DNA of 40,000 nucleotides from an uncultured phage cr108_1: sequence record MT774385.1. The stretch is one strand, 5' to 3'. Under the pieces are notes generated by a model, which was given only the letters and a program-made list of their open reading frames with translations, searched no databases and was not told the origin of the DNA. The position numbers were made by a program, and so were the translations under genes. This document shows positions 1 through 7,476 of this stretch, piece by piece. Position 1 is the first letter of the stretch. The number at the start of each line of letters is the position of its first letter.

Positions 1-61
1 CCTCCACGGATTGCTCCACTAGATCCTAAGTCTAGCGTGTCTTCCATTCCACCACACCCGC
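1..61 (-). tRNA. tRNA-Leu(UAG), truncated by the window edge (3' part missing)
   Basis: Reverse complement GCGGGTGTGGTGGAATGGAAGACACGCTAGACTTAGGATCTAG...; anticodon loop CTTAGGA gives UAG; class II variable arm start visible. Confidence 0.85.
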
Positions 62-113
62 CGGCAGGGTAGTTTATACTCGTGCCCTAGGAGTTTAATA
101 TTAATAGGTCTTA

Positions 114-446
114 TTAATGACAAATCTCTTCGAAATGACGCTCTTCGATGTCTTTCATGCTTGCAAGTTTTGCAAGTTCACCTTTGATTTCGTCGAGATC
201 CTGAACAGTAGCCTTGAGAGCTTTGTTCATGTTCGAACCAATGCGATTGTACATCTTCTGAGTAGCCTTTGACTCTGCAATCATCTGGCCTTTCTTAAGG
301 TCAAACTGATCTTCAGGAGCACATCGTGCAATACCACGTACAGTACCTGCACTGTAGTTCAATCCCATAGCTTTTACGCGAGCAGTCATGACACAGACTA
401 CTACATTTCCACTCTGGTGGAATTTGGTCTTTTGATAAATTTTCAT
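114..446 (-). CDS. hypothetical protein
   Basis: 110 aa ORF, charged/helical composition, in an array of same-strand small genes. Confidence 0.7.
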   Translation of the reverse strand: MKIYQKTKFHQSGNVVVCVMTARVKAMGLNYSAGTVRGIARCAPEDQFDLKKGQMIAESKATQKMYNRIGSNMNKALKATVQDLDEIKGELAKLASMKDIEERHFEEICH

Positions 447-555
447 AACTTATATAAGTTAAAAAGAGTTCTAGTTAAAAACCTGGGACAAGCTTCACAG
501 CTAACCCAGGGTAAAAATTTAAGAACATTGACAGAACTTATAGCACAATAAGTTG

Positions 556-640
556 TACCGGGAGTGGGACTCGAACCCACACGGTCATTACTGACCATCA
601 GGATTTAAATCTGAGGTGTCTTCCATTCCACCATCCCGGC
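556..640 (-). tRNA. tRNA-Leu(UAA)
   Basis: GCCGGGA...TCCCGGT acceptor (7 bp incl. G-U), class II variable arm, T-arm GTGGGTTCGAGTCCCAC, anticodon TAA; 85 nt. Confidence 0.93.
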
Positions 641-674
641 CCGTATCTTAATTAATTCTTCTCATAATATACTA

Positions 675-998
675 CTAATAATTCCAGTCTGGTCCATCAT
701 CCCATATGTCTTCAGCATCTAGCTCATTCCATTCAGGACTACTTCTTAGAGTAAAATGTGTAAGAGATCCTGTTATAAACATTACAGGTACCCAATTCAC
801 AAGAACTCTAATTGATTCTAGCCTACCTGAATGAACCCAAAGAGCTATATTTATCTCAGCTTTAGGACTAGGCTTAAGTCTTTTGAGAGTAGTAATAATA
901 TCATTTCTAACACTTTCGAGAATATACTTAAAGACCCAGGATTTATTAAAAAATTTCTTTGAGAAATCTTTGTACTTAACTGTAAATTCACTAGTCAT
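675..998 (-). CDS. hypothetical protein
   Basis: 107 aa ORF located between two tRNAs on the same strand. Confidence 0.6.
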   Translation of the reverse strand: MTSEFTVKYKDFSKKFFNKSWVFKYILESVRNDIITTLKRLKPSPKAEINIALWVHSGRLESIRVLVNWVPVMFITGSLTHFTLRSSPEWNELDAEDIWDDGPDWNY

Positions 999-1014
999 AA
1001 TAGTAAAGTTTTTG

Positions 1015-1086
1015 TACTCCTGACAGGACTCGAACCTGTAATGGAGGATTAGAAATCCCCGGTTATTTCCCTTTAACTACAGGAGC
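1015..1086 (-). tRNA. tRNA-Arg(UCU)
   Basis: GCTCCTG/CAGGAGT acceptor, T-arm ACAGGTTCGAGTCCTGT, anticodon loop TTTCTAA; 72 nt. Confidence 0.92.
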
Positions 1087-1094
1087 CTATACTT

Positions 1095-1520
1095 TTAGAT
1101 AGCACTAAAATACATAGAATACTCATCTTTTAAGATATAAGAATATTCCTTCAGGTCATCTTTATATCTCAAAAACTTTGATGTTTCTATTGATTCTAGC
1201 ACATAATTCTTTCCTACAGTAGTTGCACAATTGGGGATTTTCTTACATTTAAAAGTACCTATATTCTGTGCTTTAACAGGAGCTACAGTCTTAATAAATA
1301 CTCTACAGGGACGTGTTTCAAGAGACTTTCTACATTCTCCAACAATCTTACGATACTGAGGTGAGCATTTACAATGTCCAATACCTTTAAAGATACACAT
1401 GTCAGCTGTAGGATCATTTACACCCCTACAACTAAACTCTTGATGTCCTTCTTCTACCCTTACCCAGCAATCCCCTTCATTGGGAAGGAGATTTACAATA
1501 TCACCAACTTCTAATATCAT
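1095..1520 (-). CDS. hypothetical protein
   Basis: 141 aa ORF, Cys-rich, followed on the minus strand by other phage genes. Confidence 0.65.
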   Translation of the reverse strand: MILEVGDIVNLLPNEGDCWVRVEEGHQEFSCRGVNDPTADMCIFKGIGHCKCSPQYRKIVGECRKSLETRPCRVFIKTVAPVKAQNIGTFKCKKIPNCATTVGKNYVLESIETSKFLRYKDDLKEYSYILKDEYSMYFSAI

Positions 1521-1544
1521 AATAATATAGATTTTACAAAGAAA

Positions 1545-1568
1545 GGGTAGGGATTTTAACCCCTACCC
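1545..1568 (-). terminator. rho-independent-like stem-loop (minus strand)
   Basis: Perfect 8-bp stem GGGTAGGG/CCCTACCC with an 8-nt loop; the minus transcript continues into TTTCTTT. Confidence 0.55.
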
Positions 1569-1591
1569 AAAGAAAGGAAGTGTTGTGCTTT

Positions 1592-1614
1592 AGGATATAA
1601 GACTGTTATATCCT
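1592..1614. other. perfect hairpin AGGATATAA-GACTG-TTATATCCT
   Basis: 9-bp perfect inverted repeat with a 5-nt loop in a non-coding gap. Confidence 0.5.
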
Positions 1615-1717
1615 CAGTTACTAGCTGACAATTATCTCAGAGTTTTATTTAACAGTACATAGGAACTCTTTACCATTGTTAGGTAATAAACCTACGGGTT
1701 TATACTCACCAAGTTTT

Positions 1718-1861
1718 TCATCCCTCAGTCTTAGGATGGTTACAATTACAGTAGTAGGATACTAATAATTGTTTAGCTTCATCAATCACAGCTTGACATT
1801 CTTCTTGGAGTCTTATAGTCTCTCCAATCAATCTCTCAAGCTCATCAGTAATTTTGTTCAT
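1718..1861 (-). CDS. small hypothetical protein (47 aa)
   Basis: MNKITDELERLIGETIRLQEECQAVIDEAKQLLVSYYCNCNHPKTEG*, read manually; below the length cutoff of the ORF track. Confidence 0.5.
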   Translation of the reverse strand: MNKITDELERLIGETIRLQEECQAVIDEAKQLLVSYYCNCNHPKTEG

Positions 1862-1914
1862 AATAGTGAAAGTTTAATTGTTAATAATAACTATCAAGCT
1901 TCCACTTCTCCCAG

Positions 1915-1988
1915 TAGGAACTCCAGGACTCGAACCTGGGACTTCTTGAATATCAGTCAAGTACTCTGACCATCTGAGTTAAGTTCCC
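1915..1988 (-). tRNA. tRNA-Ile(GAU)
   Basis: GGGAACT/AGTTCCT acceptor, T-arm CCAGGTTCGAGTCCTGG, anticodon loop CTGATAT; 74 nt. Confidence 0.92.
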
Positions 1989-1993
1989 ATAGT

Positions 1994-2127
1994 GGGGATG
2001 AGGTACCATTCAAATGTACAACTTCTGACCTCGTAATATACGGTTAAACAGAATCAATCTGCTAGTCAGTGTTTTATTCAATACACGTAGGTTTGGAGGC
2101 TACATGTCCTTTAAACTACTCATCCCC
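1994..2127 (-). ncRNA. aberrant tRNA-like element, Trp(CCA)-like anticodon arm with ~65 nt expansion
   Basis: Perfect 9-bp GGGGATGAG/CTCATCCCC acceptor-like pairing, TTTGAAT T-loop, GTAGC-CTCCAAA-CCTAC anticodon arm (CCA at 2094-2096), long inserted variable region. Confidence 0.5.
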
Positions 2128-2133
2128 GGATAT

Positions 2134-2391
2134 TTATGCGAGACCTCGTTCTCTCAACATATCAACGAGGGTACGCACGGCATCTTCGGGTTCAGCCTCA
2201 GGACTGGACTCGATAAAGTCACTGTAAGATGCAACCCATCGGTTATCTTCAGGGATAAGATCCAAGGTTACACCTACTGCATATTCATAATCTTGAGGAG
2301 CTTGTGCTACCAAAACATCTCCTTCACCATCCCTAGGACTGGGATACAGCACAGGGCATTTCTTAAGGAGACTTTTAAGAGTATCTTCCAT
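2134..2391 (-). CDS. hypothetical protein
   Basis: 85 aa acidic ORF; more protein-like than the antisense ORF 2104..2439. Confidence 0.65.
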   Translation of the reverse strand: MEDTLKSLLKKCPVLYPSPRDGEGDVLVAQAPQDYEYAVGVTLDLIPEDNRWVASYSDFIESSPEAEPEDAVRTLVDMLRERGLA

Positions 2392-2396
2392 AAGAT

Positions 2397-2660
2397 TTAC
2401 TTGAATTTGGCATGGAACTGCTTCAGAGCATCAAGCTGAAACTCTGTAATGACACTACTTCCCTTCAGATCCATATAAAGACCAAGTTCAGCATCACTGA
2501 TAGCATGGTTTTTATGAAGAGTCTGAAGCTCCCTGAAGGTCAAGAATCTCCCCAATTTCTCAGAAGCTTCTGCCCTTGTATACGTAACTTTCTGCTTACG
2601 AAAGAATTCGTTAAGCAGCTGAATACTACTATTAGTAGTATCACTAACGTTATTTTTCAT
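2397..2660 (-). CDS. hypothetical protein
   Basis: 87 aa ORF in a tightly packed minus-strand array. Confidence 0.65.
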   Translation of the reverse strand: MKNNVSDTTNSSIQLLNEFFRKQKVTYTRAEASEKLGRFLTFRELQTLHKNHAISDAELGLYMDLKGSSVITEFQLDALKQFHAKFK

Positions 2661-2838
2661 CCTTACTAAATAAAGTATTTATAATACTTGAGTTCGCAAC
2701 GGTAATAACCACCCACTCAATAATTATATCAATCACTTTCATGATTAATAAAATTATGAGCGGAATGATTAATACAGAGAGTATTGCTATTAATTCCAGA
2801 GGCATATAAATATCATCCAGAATAATGCTGCAACCCAC
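2650..2838 (-). CDS. small membrane protein
   Basis: 62 aa with a long hydrophobic segment (LIAILSVLIIPLIILLIMKVI). Confidence 0.6.
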   Translation of the reverse strand: MGCSIILDDIYMPLELIAILSVLIIPLIILLIMKVIDIIIEWVVITVANSSIINTLFSKDEK

Positions 2839-3014
2839 ATGTAAAGCATGCGATCTATAGCCAGGGCATTCTTCTTCTTTTGGTACTTCTCATAGGTAGC
2901 TGTTGTACCTAAGCCAGGTTCATAGACATCTCTGGGGTTGTTTAGAGTTTGTACCAAGTTGTCCAGGAAGCAAAATGTTGCTACCAGGGCAATGAGTAAA
3001 ACGATCCAAATCAT
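2790..3014 (-). CDS. small membrane protein
   Basis: 74 aa with two hydrophobic segments (N- and C-terminal). Confidence 0.6.
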   Translation of the reverse strand: MIWIVLLIALVATFCFLDNLVQTLNNPRDVYEPGLGTTATYEKYQKKKNALAIDRMLYMWVAALFWMIFICLWN

Positions 3015-3262
3015 TATAAATCAGAATTAATGGTGATAGTGCCATGAAAGGCAGAGAATGATCTTTTTTCTAATACCTCAATGTCTCCGATCTGATAGTC
3101 CTGACATTTGGTGTATAATACTACTCCTATAAACTCACTTTCATCTATGTCACCCATACCTTCAAAGTAATCTGTAACTATAAAAACTGCTGAGTTGTTG
3201 GTTACAATATCTCCTATGTTAAACTTAGGTTTATCATGAGGATTAATACTTACTTTGCTCAT
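3014..3262 (-). CDS. hypothetical protein, YopX/KOW-like beta-rich small protein
   Basis: 82 aa; KFNIGDIVTNNSAVFIVTDYFEG pattern. Confidence 0.6.
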   Translation of the reverse strand: MSKVSINPHDKPKFNIGDIVTNNSAVFIVTDYFEGMGDIDESEFIGVVLYTKCQDYQIGDIEVLEKRSFSAFHGTITINSDL

Positions 3263-3518
3263 CTCTCGTAGATTTAAGTGTTACAGATCCATAGAAAGGT
3301 TGATAGTTCAGAGAGGAAAATAACCTCCAAGAGTTCCCAATAAGAGCATTACTGTTGTTCTCGGCAGCTATTACTACACCTCCAAATTTACCCTTCTTGT
3401 TAGTAGGACAAGTGACTAACACTATTACATCAGTGTTAATCTGTTGTACAAGGTCTCCCACCCCGAATATAATCAGGGCAGAAGGATCCTTGTATTTAGT
3501 TACTTTAGCAATTGTCAT
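3243..3518 (-). CDS. hypothetical protein, probably related in fold to the neighbouring 3014..3262 product
   Basis: 91 aa; FGVGDLVQQINTDVIVLVTCPTNKKGKFGGVVI resembles the GDIV..../VIVTD pattern of the neighbour. Confidence 0.6.
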   Translation of the reverse strand: MTIAKVTKYKDPSALIIFGVGDLVQQINTDVIVLVTCPTNKKGKFGGVVIAAENNSNALIGNSWRLFSSLNYQPFYGSVTLKSTRDEQSKY

Positions 3519-3522
3519 AGTA

Positions 3523-3735
3523 CTAATAGTGCTGATCGTTGAAGTGAGGGATGGTCTTCACGATGGTAGCTTTACCATTCTTGACTACAGGATTTCCCAG
3601 TACGTCATAGTCCTCGTATACGTACTGAAGGCGAGAAAATCTCTTACCCCGACCTACATTGCTAGGACGTACTTTAATCATATCTGCACCACGACGATTA
3701 CGACGTGCAGCGCTTGCTCCTCTTGCTTTAGACAT
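3523..3735 (-). CDS. small basic protein
   Basis: 70 aa, Arg/Lys-rich N-terminus (MSKARGASAARRNRRG). Confidence 0.65.
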   Translation of the reverse strand: MSKARGASAARRNRRGADMIKVRPSNVGRGKRFSRLQYVYEDYDVLGNPVVKNGKATIVKTIPHFNDQHY

Positions 3736-3767
3736 AATGTTATTCTTAATTAGGTTAATGAAATAGT

Positions 3768-4067
3768 TTAGGCTTTACGAGCCTTCTTCTTCTGGCCCAT
3801 GAGTTGCATGAACCTCATGAATCCCACTTTCTTCTTCCCTACCTTGAAGGTAGCATTGAAAGAGAGTCTTTCGAATCCATGATTGTCAGGATCAATTCCC
3901 AACACTTCGACGTGCGAGGGAATACTCAGGGCCTGAATACCTTCCTCAGTCTTGATGACATGAGGTTTCATAACCGTACGCTTCTTGTAACGTACACCTT
4001 CGAGGTCAGAATTGAGATTGAACTTCAGTTGGGCAGTGGTTTTACCACCAGGAATAACAGTAAGCAT
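3768..4067 (-). CDS. hypothetical protein (start trimmed to MLTVIPGG...)
   Basis: Track ORF 3768..4139; the internal Met at 4067 gives a more protein-like N-terminus. Confidence 0.6.
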   Translation of the reverse strand: MLTVIPGGKTTAQLKFNLNSDLEGVRYKKRTVMKPHVIKTEEGIQALSIPSHVEVLGIDPDNHGFERLSFNATFKVGKKKVGFMRFMQLMGQKKKARKA

Positions 4068-4328
4068 AATGATTTGTGTAATTAAAAGTTTGAAATTGTG
4101 TGATAAAATATTAAAAATTGCTACACCTGACTTGGTCATCGGCGCCTCATTAACTCTATCTGTCGCATTTCAGGGGGTGACGCAGACACTGGTATCTCAC
4201 GAAGTATACCGAGCTGATAAACTTAACGAATTGTGATCTACACTGACTCCAGGTTGCATGTCTTATGAGCAAGTACTTAGAGCTCGCACGTAGCAAGATA
4301 ATGTACTACAGATCTGGATAGCAATTTA

Positions 4329-4508
4329 TTAATATTTTAAAGAAGAAGGCATGCTTGATACATCTATCAATTTACCAAAGACTTTGATATACGTACCAGC
4401 TTTGATACGAGGTCTCTTAGCCTTACGATACTTGCTTAGATTCGTCAATACAATAGCCTTCTTCTTAACTGTGGAATAGACTAATTTAGTCTTTACACAG
4501 GCATTCAT
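4329..4508 (-). CDS. small basic hypothetical protein (59 aa)
   Basis: MNACVKTKLVYSTVKKKAIVLTNLSKYRKAKRPRIKAGTYIKVFGKLIDVSSMPSSLKY*, manual reading. Confidence 0.55.
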   Translation of the reverse strand: MNACVKTKLVYSTVKKKAIVLTNLSKYRKAKRPRIKAGTYIKVFGKLIDVSSMPSSLKY

Positions 4509-4636
4509 GGCTTGTAATTTGTACCATTATGATTACGATACATGCCCTTTTCGCTACGACAGAGGGCTAACTGCCGACCTTTGGATGTCCTAGACATCTT
4601 CCAGTAAATGATGGAATATTTCATCTCTCTAAGAGA

Positions 4637-4801
4637 TTATTTCTTATGGTAAATGATAGCTATAAGTTCTGCAATTAATCCTATTACAGGTATAAATGCA
4701 CAGAACTTAACCCAATCGGGTACTTCTAGTTCATCATTCAATGTTACTACTAGTACAAGTTGTACTACTAATAGAGTTAAAACAGTGAGATGTGGTATCA
4801 T
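4637..4801 (-). CDS. small membrane protein (54 aa)
   Basis: MIPHLTVLTLLVVQLVLVVTLNDELEVPDWVKFCAFIPVIGLIAELIAIIYHKK*, two TM-like segments. Confidence 0.55.
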   Translation of the reverse strand: MIPHLTVLTLLVVQLVLVVTLNDELEVPDWVKFCAFIPVIGLIAELIAIIYHKK

Positions 4802-4817
4802 AATAACTTAAATTTAG

Positions 4818-4891
4818 TGGGCCCTACTGGGATTGAACCAGTGACCTTCGAGTTATGAGCTCGCTGCTCTGACCAGCTGAGCTAAAGGCCC
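4818..4891 (-). tRNA. tRNA with CAU anticodon (Met or Ile2)
   Basis: GGGCCTT/AGGGCCC acceptor, TGGTTCAATCCCA T-arm, CTCATAA loop; 74 nt. Confidence 0.9.
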
Positions 4892-4905
4892 TAAGTTAAT
4901 ATTAG

Positions 4906-5017
4906 GTCCTGTAGGGAGATTCGAACTCCCCTGTCTAAGTTGTCACCAGAAAGTTATAATGGTGACAAAGTAGCTCTCCATATATCACACTAAGCTAAAG
5001 GTGTGTGACTATCAGGA
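4906..5017 (-). ncRNA. second aberrant tRNA-like element
   Basis: Textbook T-arm GGGAG-TTCGAAT-CTCCC and partial acceptor TCCTG/CAGGA, but an enlarged D region and an 8-bp TGTCACCA/TGGTGACA stem with 11-nt loop. Confidence 0.45.
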
Positions 5018-5285
5018 ATCCCCAGGTCAAGGCAAAATTATTACCTCGGGCAATGAGGCAGCTATGACAATTAGTCATACACTGCCGCATTTCAAGCCCA
5101 GCTATTGCAATTAGCCTACCTGTTTATCATTAACATCTGCAAATTGTTAATATTATCAGGTAATATTCATCTTAGACAGGATAATTGGCCTATGATGATG
5201 TATGATTGTGCATACCGCCTATGTGAGACAGTTAAGAGTGCCAAATACGGTTTAAAGAACGTTGACAGTATGCACCAGTAGAGCC

Positions 5286-5302
5286 ACGTGTATTCTACAC
5301 GT
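5286..5302. other. perfect hairpin ACGTGTA-TTC-TACACGT
   Basis: 7-bp stem, 3-nt loop, just downstream (minus strand) of ORF 5333..5662. Confidence 0.45.
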
Positions 5303-5332
5303 TTATAAACATTTCTCAATGGATACTACTGT

Positions 5333-5662
5333 TTATAACCTGTTCTCGGAGAGTAATAATACCAGTAACCAGTAACTAAGGCAAGTACGCTCATCTGCAG
5401 TGAGACTAAAATCTTTGATGTTCTTGAGACACCAGTTAACATACTCAGGATCACTCTTGATAACCTCTAAATATGGCTTATACTTGTATTTACCAAAGGT
5501 AAATATTCGTAAATCTTCCAAGGTTTTCTGCTTATAATAAGTAATAATATCCTGTGAAGGATAAGTCTTACTTATAGTAGGATTCGTACTCGCAATTACC
5601 ATTGAACCACTTGTTACAATGATGTGAAAATAATGTAATTTATACATGTTTTTCTCGAGCAA
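5333..5662 (-). CDS. hypothetical protein with ExoX C-terminal/DUF3820-like motif
   Basis: IFTFGKYKYKPYLEVIKSDPEYVNWCLKNIKDFSLTADE resembles the 'FGKyKGkpleeV..dYl.Wl' pattern. Confidence 0.6.
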   Translation of the reverse strand: MLEKNMYKLHYFHIIVTSGSMVIASTNPTISKTYPSQDIITYYKQKTLEDLRIFTFGKYKYKPYLEVIKSDPEYVNWCLKNIKDFSLTADERTCLSYWLLVLLLSENRL

Positions 5663-5755
5663 AACCTTTTACTTTACAGGCGCTGAGACATCTTGTGTCT
5701 CAATTAAATAAGACTTCATAAATTCATCATATTTTACTTAGTAATTTAATGATCT

Positions 5756-6016
5756 ATCTATTAGCCTCGCCTCTTACTTAATTATCTATATTACTAGTTA
5801 AGCAAGGCTAATAAATAGCTTTTGAGCCTGGGTAAGCGGTCAAACTATCCCAGGCTGGGCGCTACATCTATTGGATAATGTAGCTGTAAAGGATTATTAG
5901 GGCCTAATCCTCTACATAAAGAGTTAGTGAAATGGTAATTTAGTGCATAATCTCATTAGCTGATAACGCATATTTACGTAAGATTATCACGAAAATGATT
6001 TTAAGCCCTAAATTAC
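5756..6016. ncRNA. hairpin-rich non-coding region, candidate structured RNA(s)
   Basis: No ORF >=60 aa; several perfect stems (see findings). Confidence 0.4.
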
Positions 6017-6151
6017 GTGGGATAATATCGGGAATGGACGGTTACTCCAAATTATATAAATCGTCGAAATTTGGGCCCTTAAAATGCGAAATAAGGGTAT
6101 TGGGGATATAAGACCTCACTCTACTCTACACATATCTCACATAATTGAAGA

Positions 6152-6172
6152 GGAGAAGACTAATTCTTCTCC
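6152..6172 (-). terminator. strong hairpin at 3' end of ORF 6160..6495
   Basis: 8-bp GGAGAAGA/TCTTCTCC with 5-nt loop at the end of the minus-strand gene; no clear U-tract. Confidence 0.4.
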
Positions 6173-6495
6173 CCAGGCTTAATAATTTCAGAGATCTCCT
6201 TCACCAATGAATCAATATCATCAAATGATGTTAATGCAAAAGCCTTGACATTATCACCAAGTGAGAGATACTCTACAGGAATAGAAGCTCTGCTCCGAAT
6301 ACCAGGCTTAACAACTACAACAGCTTTGATGATGTTATCATCATCAGCAGCTACTACATGGAGAATACCAGATCCTAGAGGATTGGGGTAATATGTACCA
6401 GTAGTAATACCAGCTTTGTAGAGAGCTACTCCTAAAGCATGAATAAGGTGATGCTTGCACCTACGATACTTGGGTTGAAATTCAAATACCCTCAT
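6160..6495 (-). CDS. hypothetical protein
   Basis: 111 aa ORF with balanced composition. Confidence 0.7.
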   Translation of the reverse strand: MRVFEFQPKYRRCKHHLIHALGVALYKAGITTGTYYPNPLGSGILHVVAADDDNIIKAVVVVKPGIRSRASIPVEYLSLGDNVKAFALTSFDDIDSLVKEISEIIKPGEKN

Positions 6496-6541
6496 AGATT
6501 GATTGAATAAAATTAGACCATCTCTTCGCGTATAATTATTT

Positions 6542-6559
6542 CTACGACTATAGTCGTAG
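6542..6559. repeat. perfect 18-nt palindrome CTACGACTATAGTCGTAG
   Basis: Read directly from sequence, in the intergenic gap 6496-6695. Confidence 0.8.
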
Positions 6560-6695
6560 GACTAATAAGGACTAATTAGATCTGTACGCGTACGTAAGAG
6601 ATACCAAAATTTCCCAGATTTGTCACGGTAATGCATACTCTGCGGAGATATTAAAAATCTCCCCACACCCAGTGATGAGTGTGAGGAGTGAGATG

Positions 6696-7151
6696 TTAGT
6701 TGAACGACATCTTAACGTTGCCCGTAGCCAGAGCTGCTTTCATGTCCGAAGACATGGGCGTGAGGTCAGCCTTGTTGTACAGAATCTCTGCAACCTGCGA
6801 GCGATCCTGATCGTCCAGGTAGGTCGTGACTCGTACAGGCAGACCGTCCATGCCAGGGATCTCCGGGACGACTCCGTTGAGGAACATCGATTTCAGCGGC
6901 CACAGAATGCGGTCCACTTTGTCCTGCGGGTCGTAGACTACGGCCTGGAAGCGAATGGGTGATTCTTGGGGTACACCGTCAATGACCAGCTGCACCTTGT
7001 TGCCATTAGCATCCAGGATGGGATTGCCTTCCTCATCCTTAGCCCAGATGATGGCAGGCGATACTCTGCGAAGAATACCATCCCACGTCTCCTGGCCCTT
7101 CTTCACATCCCGAGCGTAGCAAGCCTGCCTCGATGATACTACATTTGCCAT
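6696..7151 (-). CDS. hypothetical protein, probably highly expressed
   Basis: 151 aa; visibly higher GC and biased codon choice than its neighbours; first gene left of the divergent region. Confidence 0.85.
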   Translation of the reverse strand: MANVVSSRQACYARDVKKGQETWDGILRRVSPAIIWAKDEEGNPILDANGNKVQLVIDGVPQESPIRFQAVVYDPQDKVDRILWPLKSMFLNGVVPEIPGMDGLPVRVTTYLDDQDRSQVAEILYNKADLTPMSSDMKAALATGNVKMSFN

Positions 7152-7424
7152 AACTTATAAAGTTTATGATACGTTGTAACCTGCTTTGATTCGGTGAGGC
7201 TACAATTATACCGCTGAGTTCCGTAACAACAGTGCAATATGCTTCTGCTGTTCGGTCCTCCGAAGGCTGGCTGGGTCGCTTTTTATAGCACTCCTCCCAG
7301 AACTGACGGGGGGATAACCCCAAAAGTTCGAGGGGAGGGGGGCTTAGTGGGGAATATGTCGCCCTCAAACATATTCTTTCCGGAAAAAAAATTTTATTGT
7401 AGAAAAAATTTTTATTTTAAAAAA

Positions 7425-7456
7425 TTTGGAAATATGGGAAATTTTTTGTATATTGC
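7425..7456 (+). promoter_or_regulatory. Bacteroidetes-type promoter candidate
   Basis: TTTG (7425-7428), 20-nt spacer, TATATTGC (near TAnnTTTG), ~20 bp before ORF 7477. Confidence 0.45.
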
Positions 7457-7476
7457 AAAAGTTTTAAATTCACTAT

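Noticed and set aside
2104-2439. Plus-strand 111-aa ORF
   Set aside because: Antisense to 2134..2391, which fits the minus-strand array; overlaps the tRNA-like element.
3355-3753. Plus-strand 132-aa ORF
   Set aside because: Antisense to 3243..3518 and 3523..3735; composition looks spurious.
7039-7368. Minus-strand 109-aa ORF overlapping 6696..7151
   Set aside because: Overlaps the strongly biased ORF in another frame and extends into the structured/GC-rich control region.
7381-7445. A/T homopolymer stretches as a functional repeat
   Set aside because: Simple low complexity near a promoter; no specific periodic structure beyond A/T richness.
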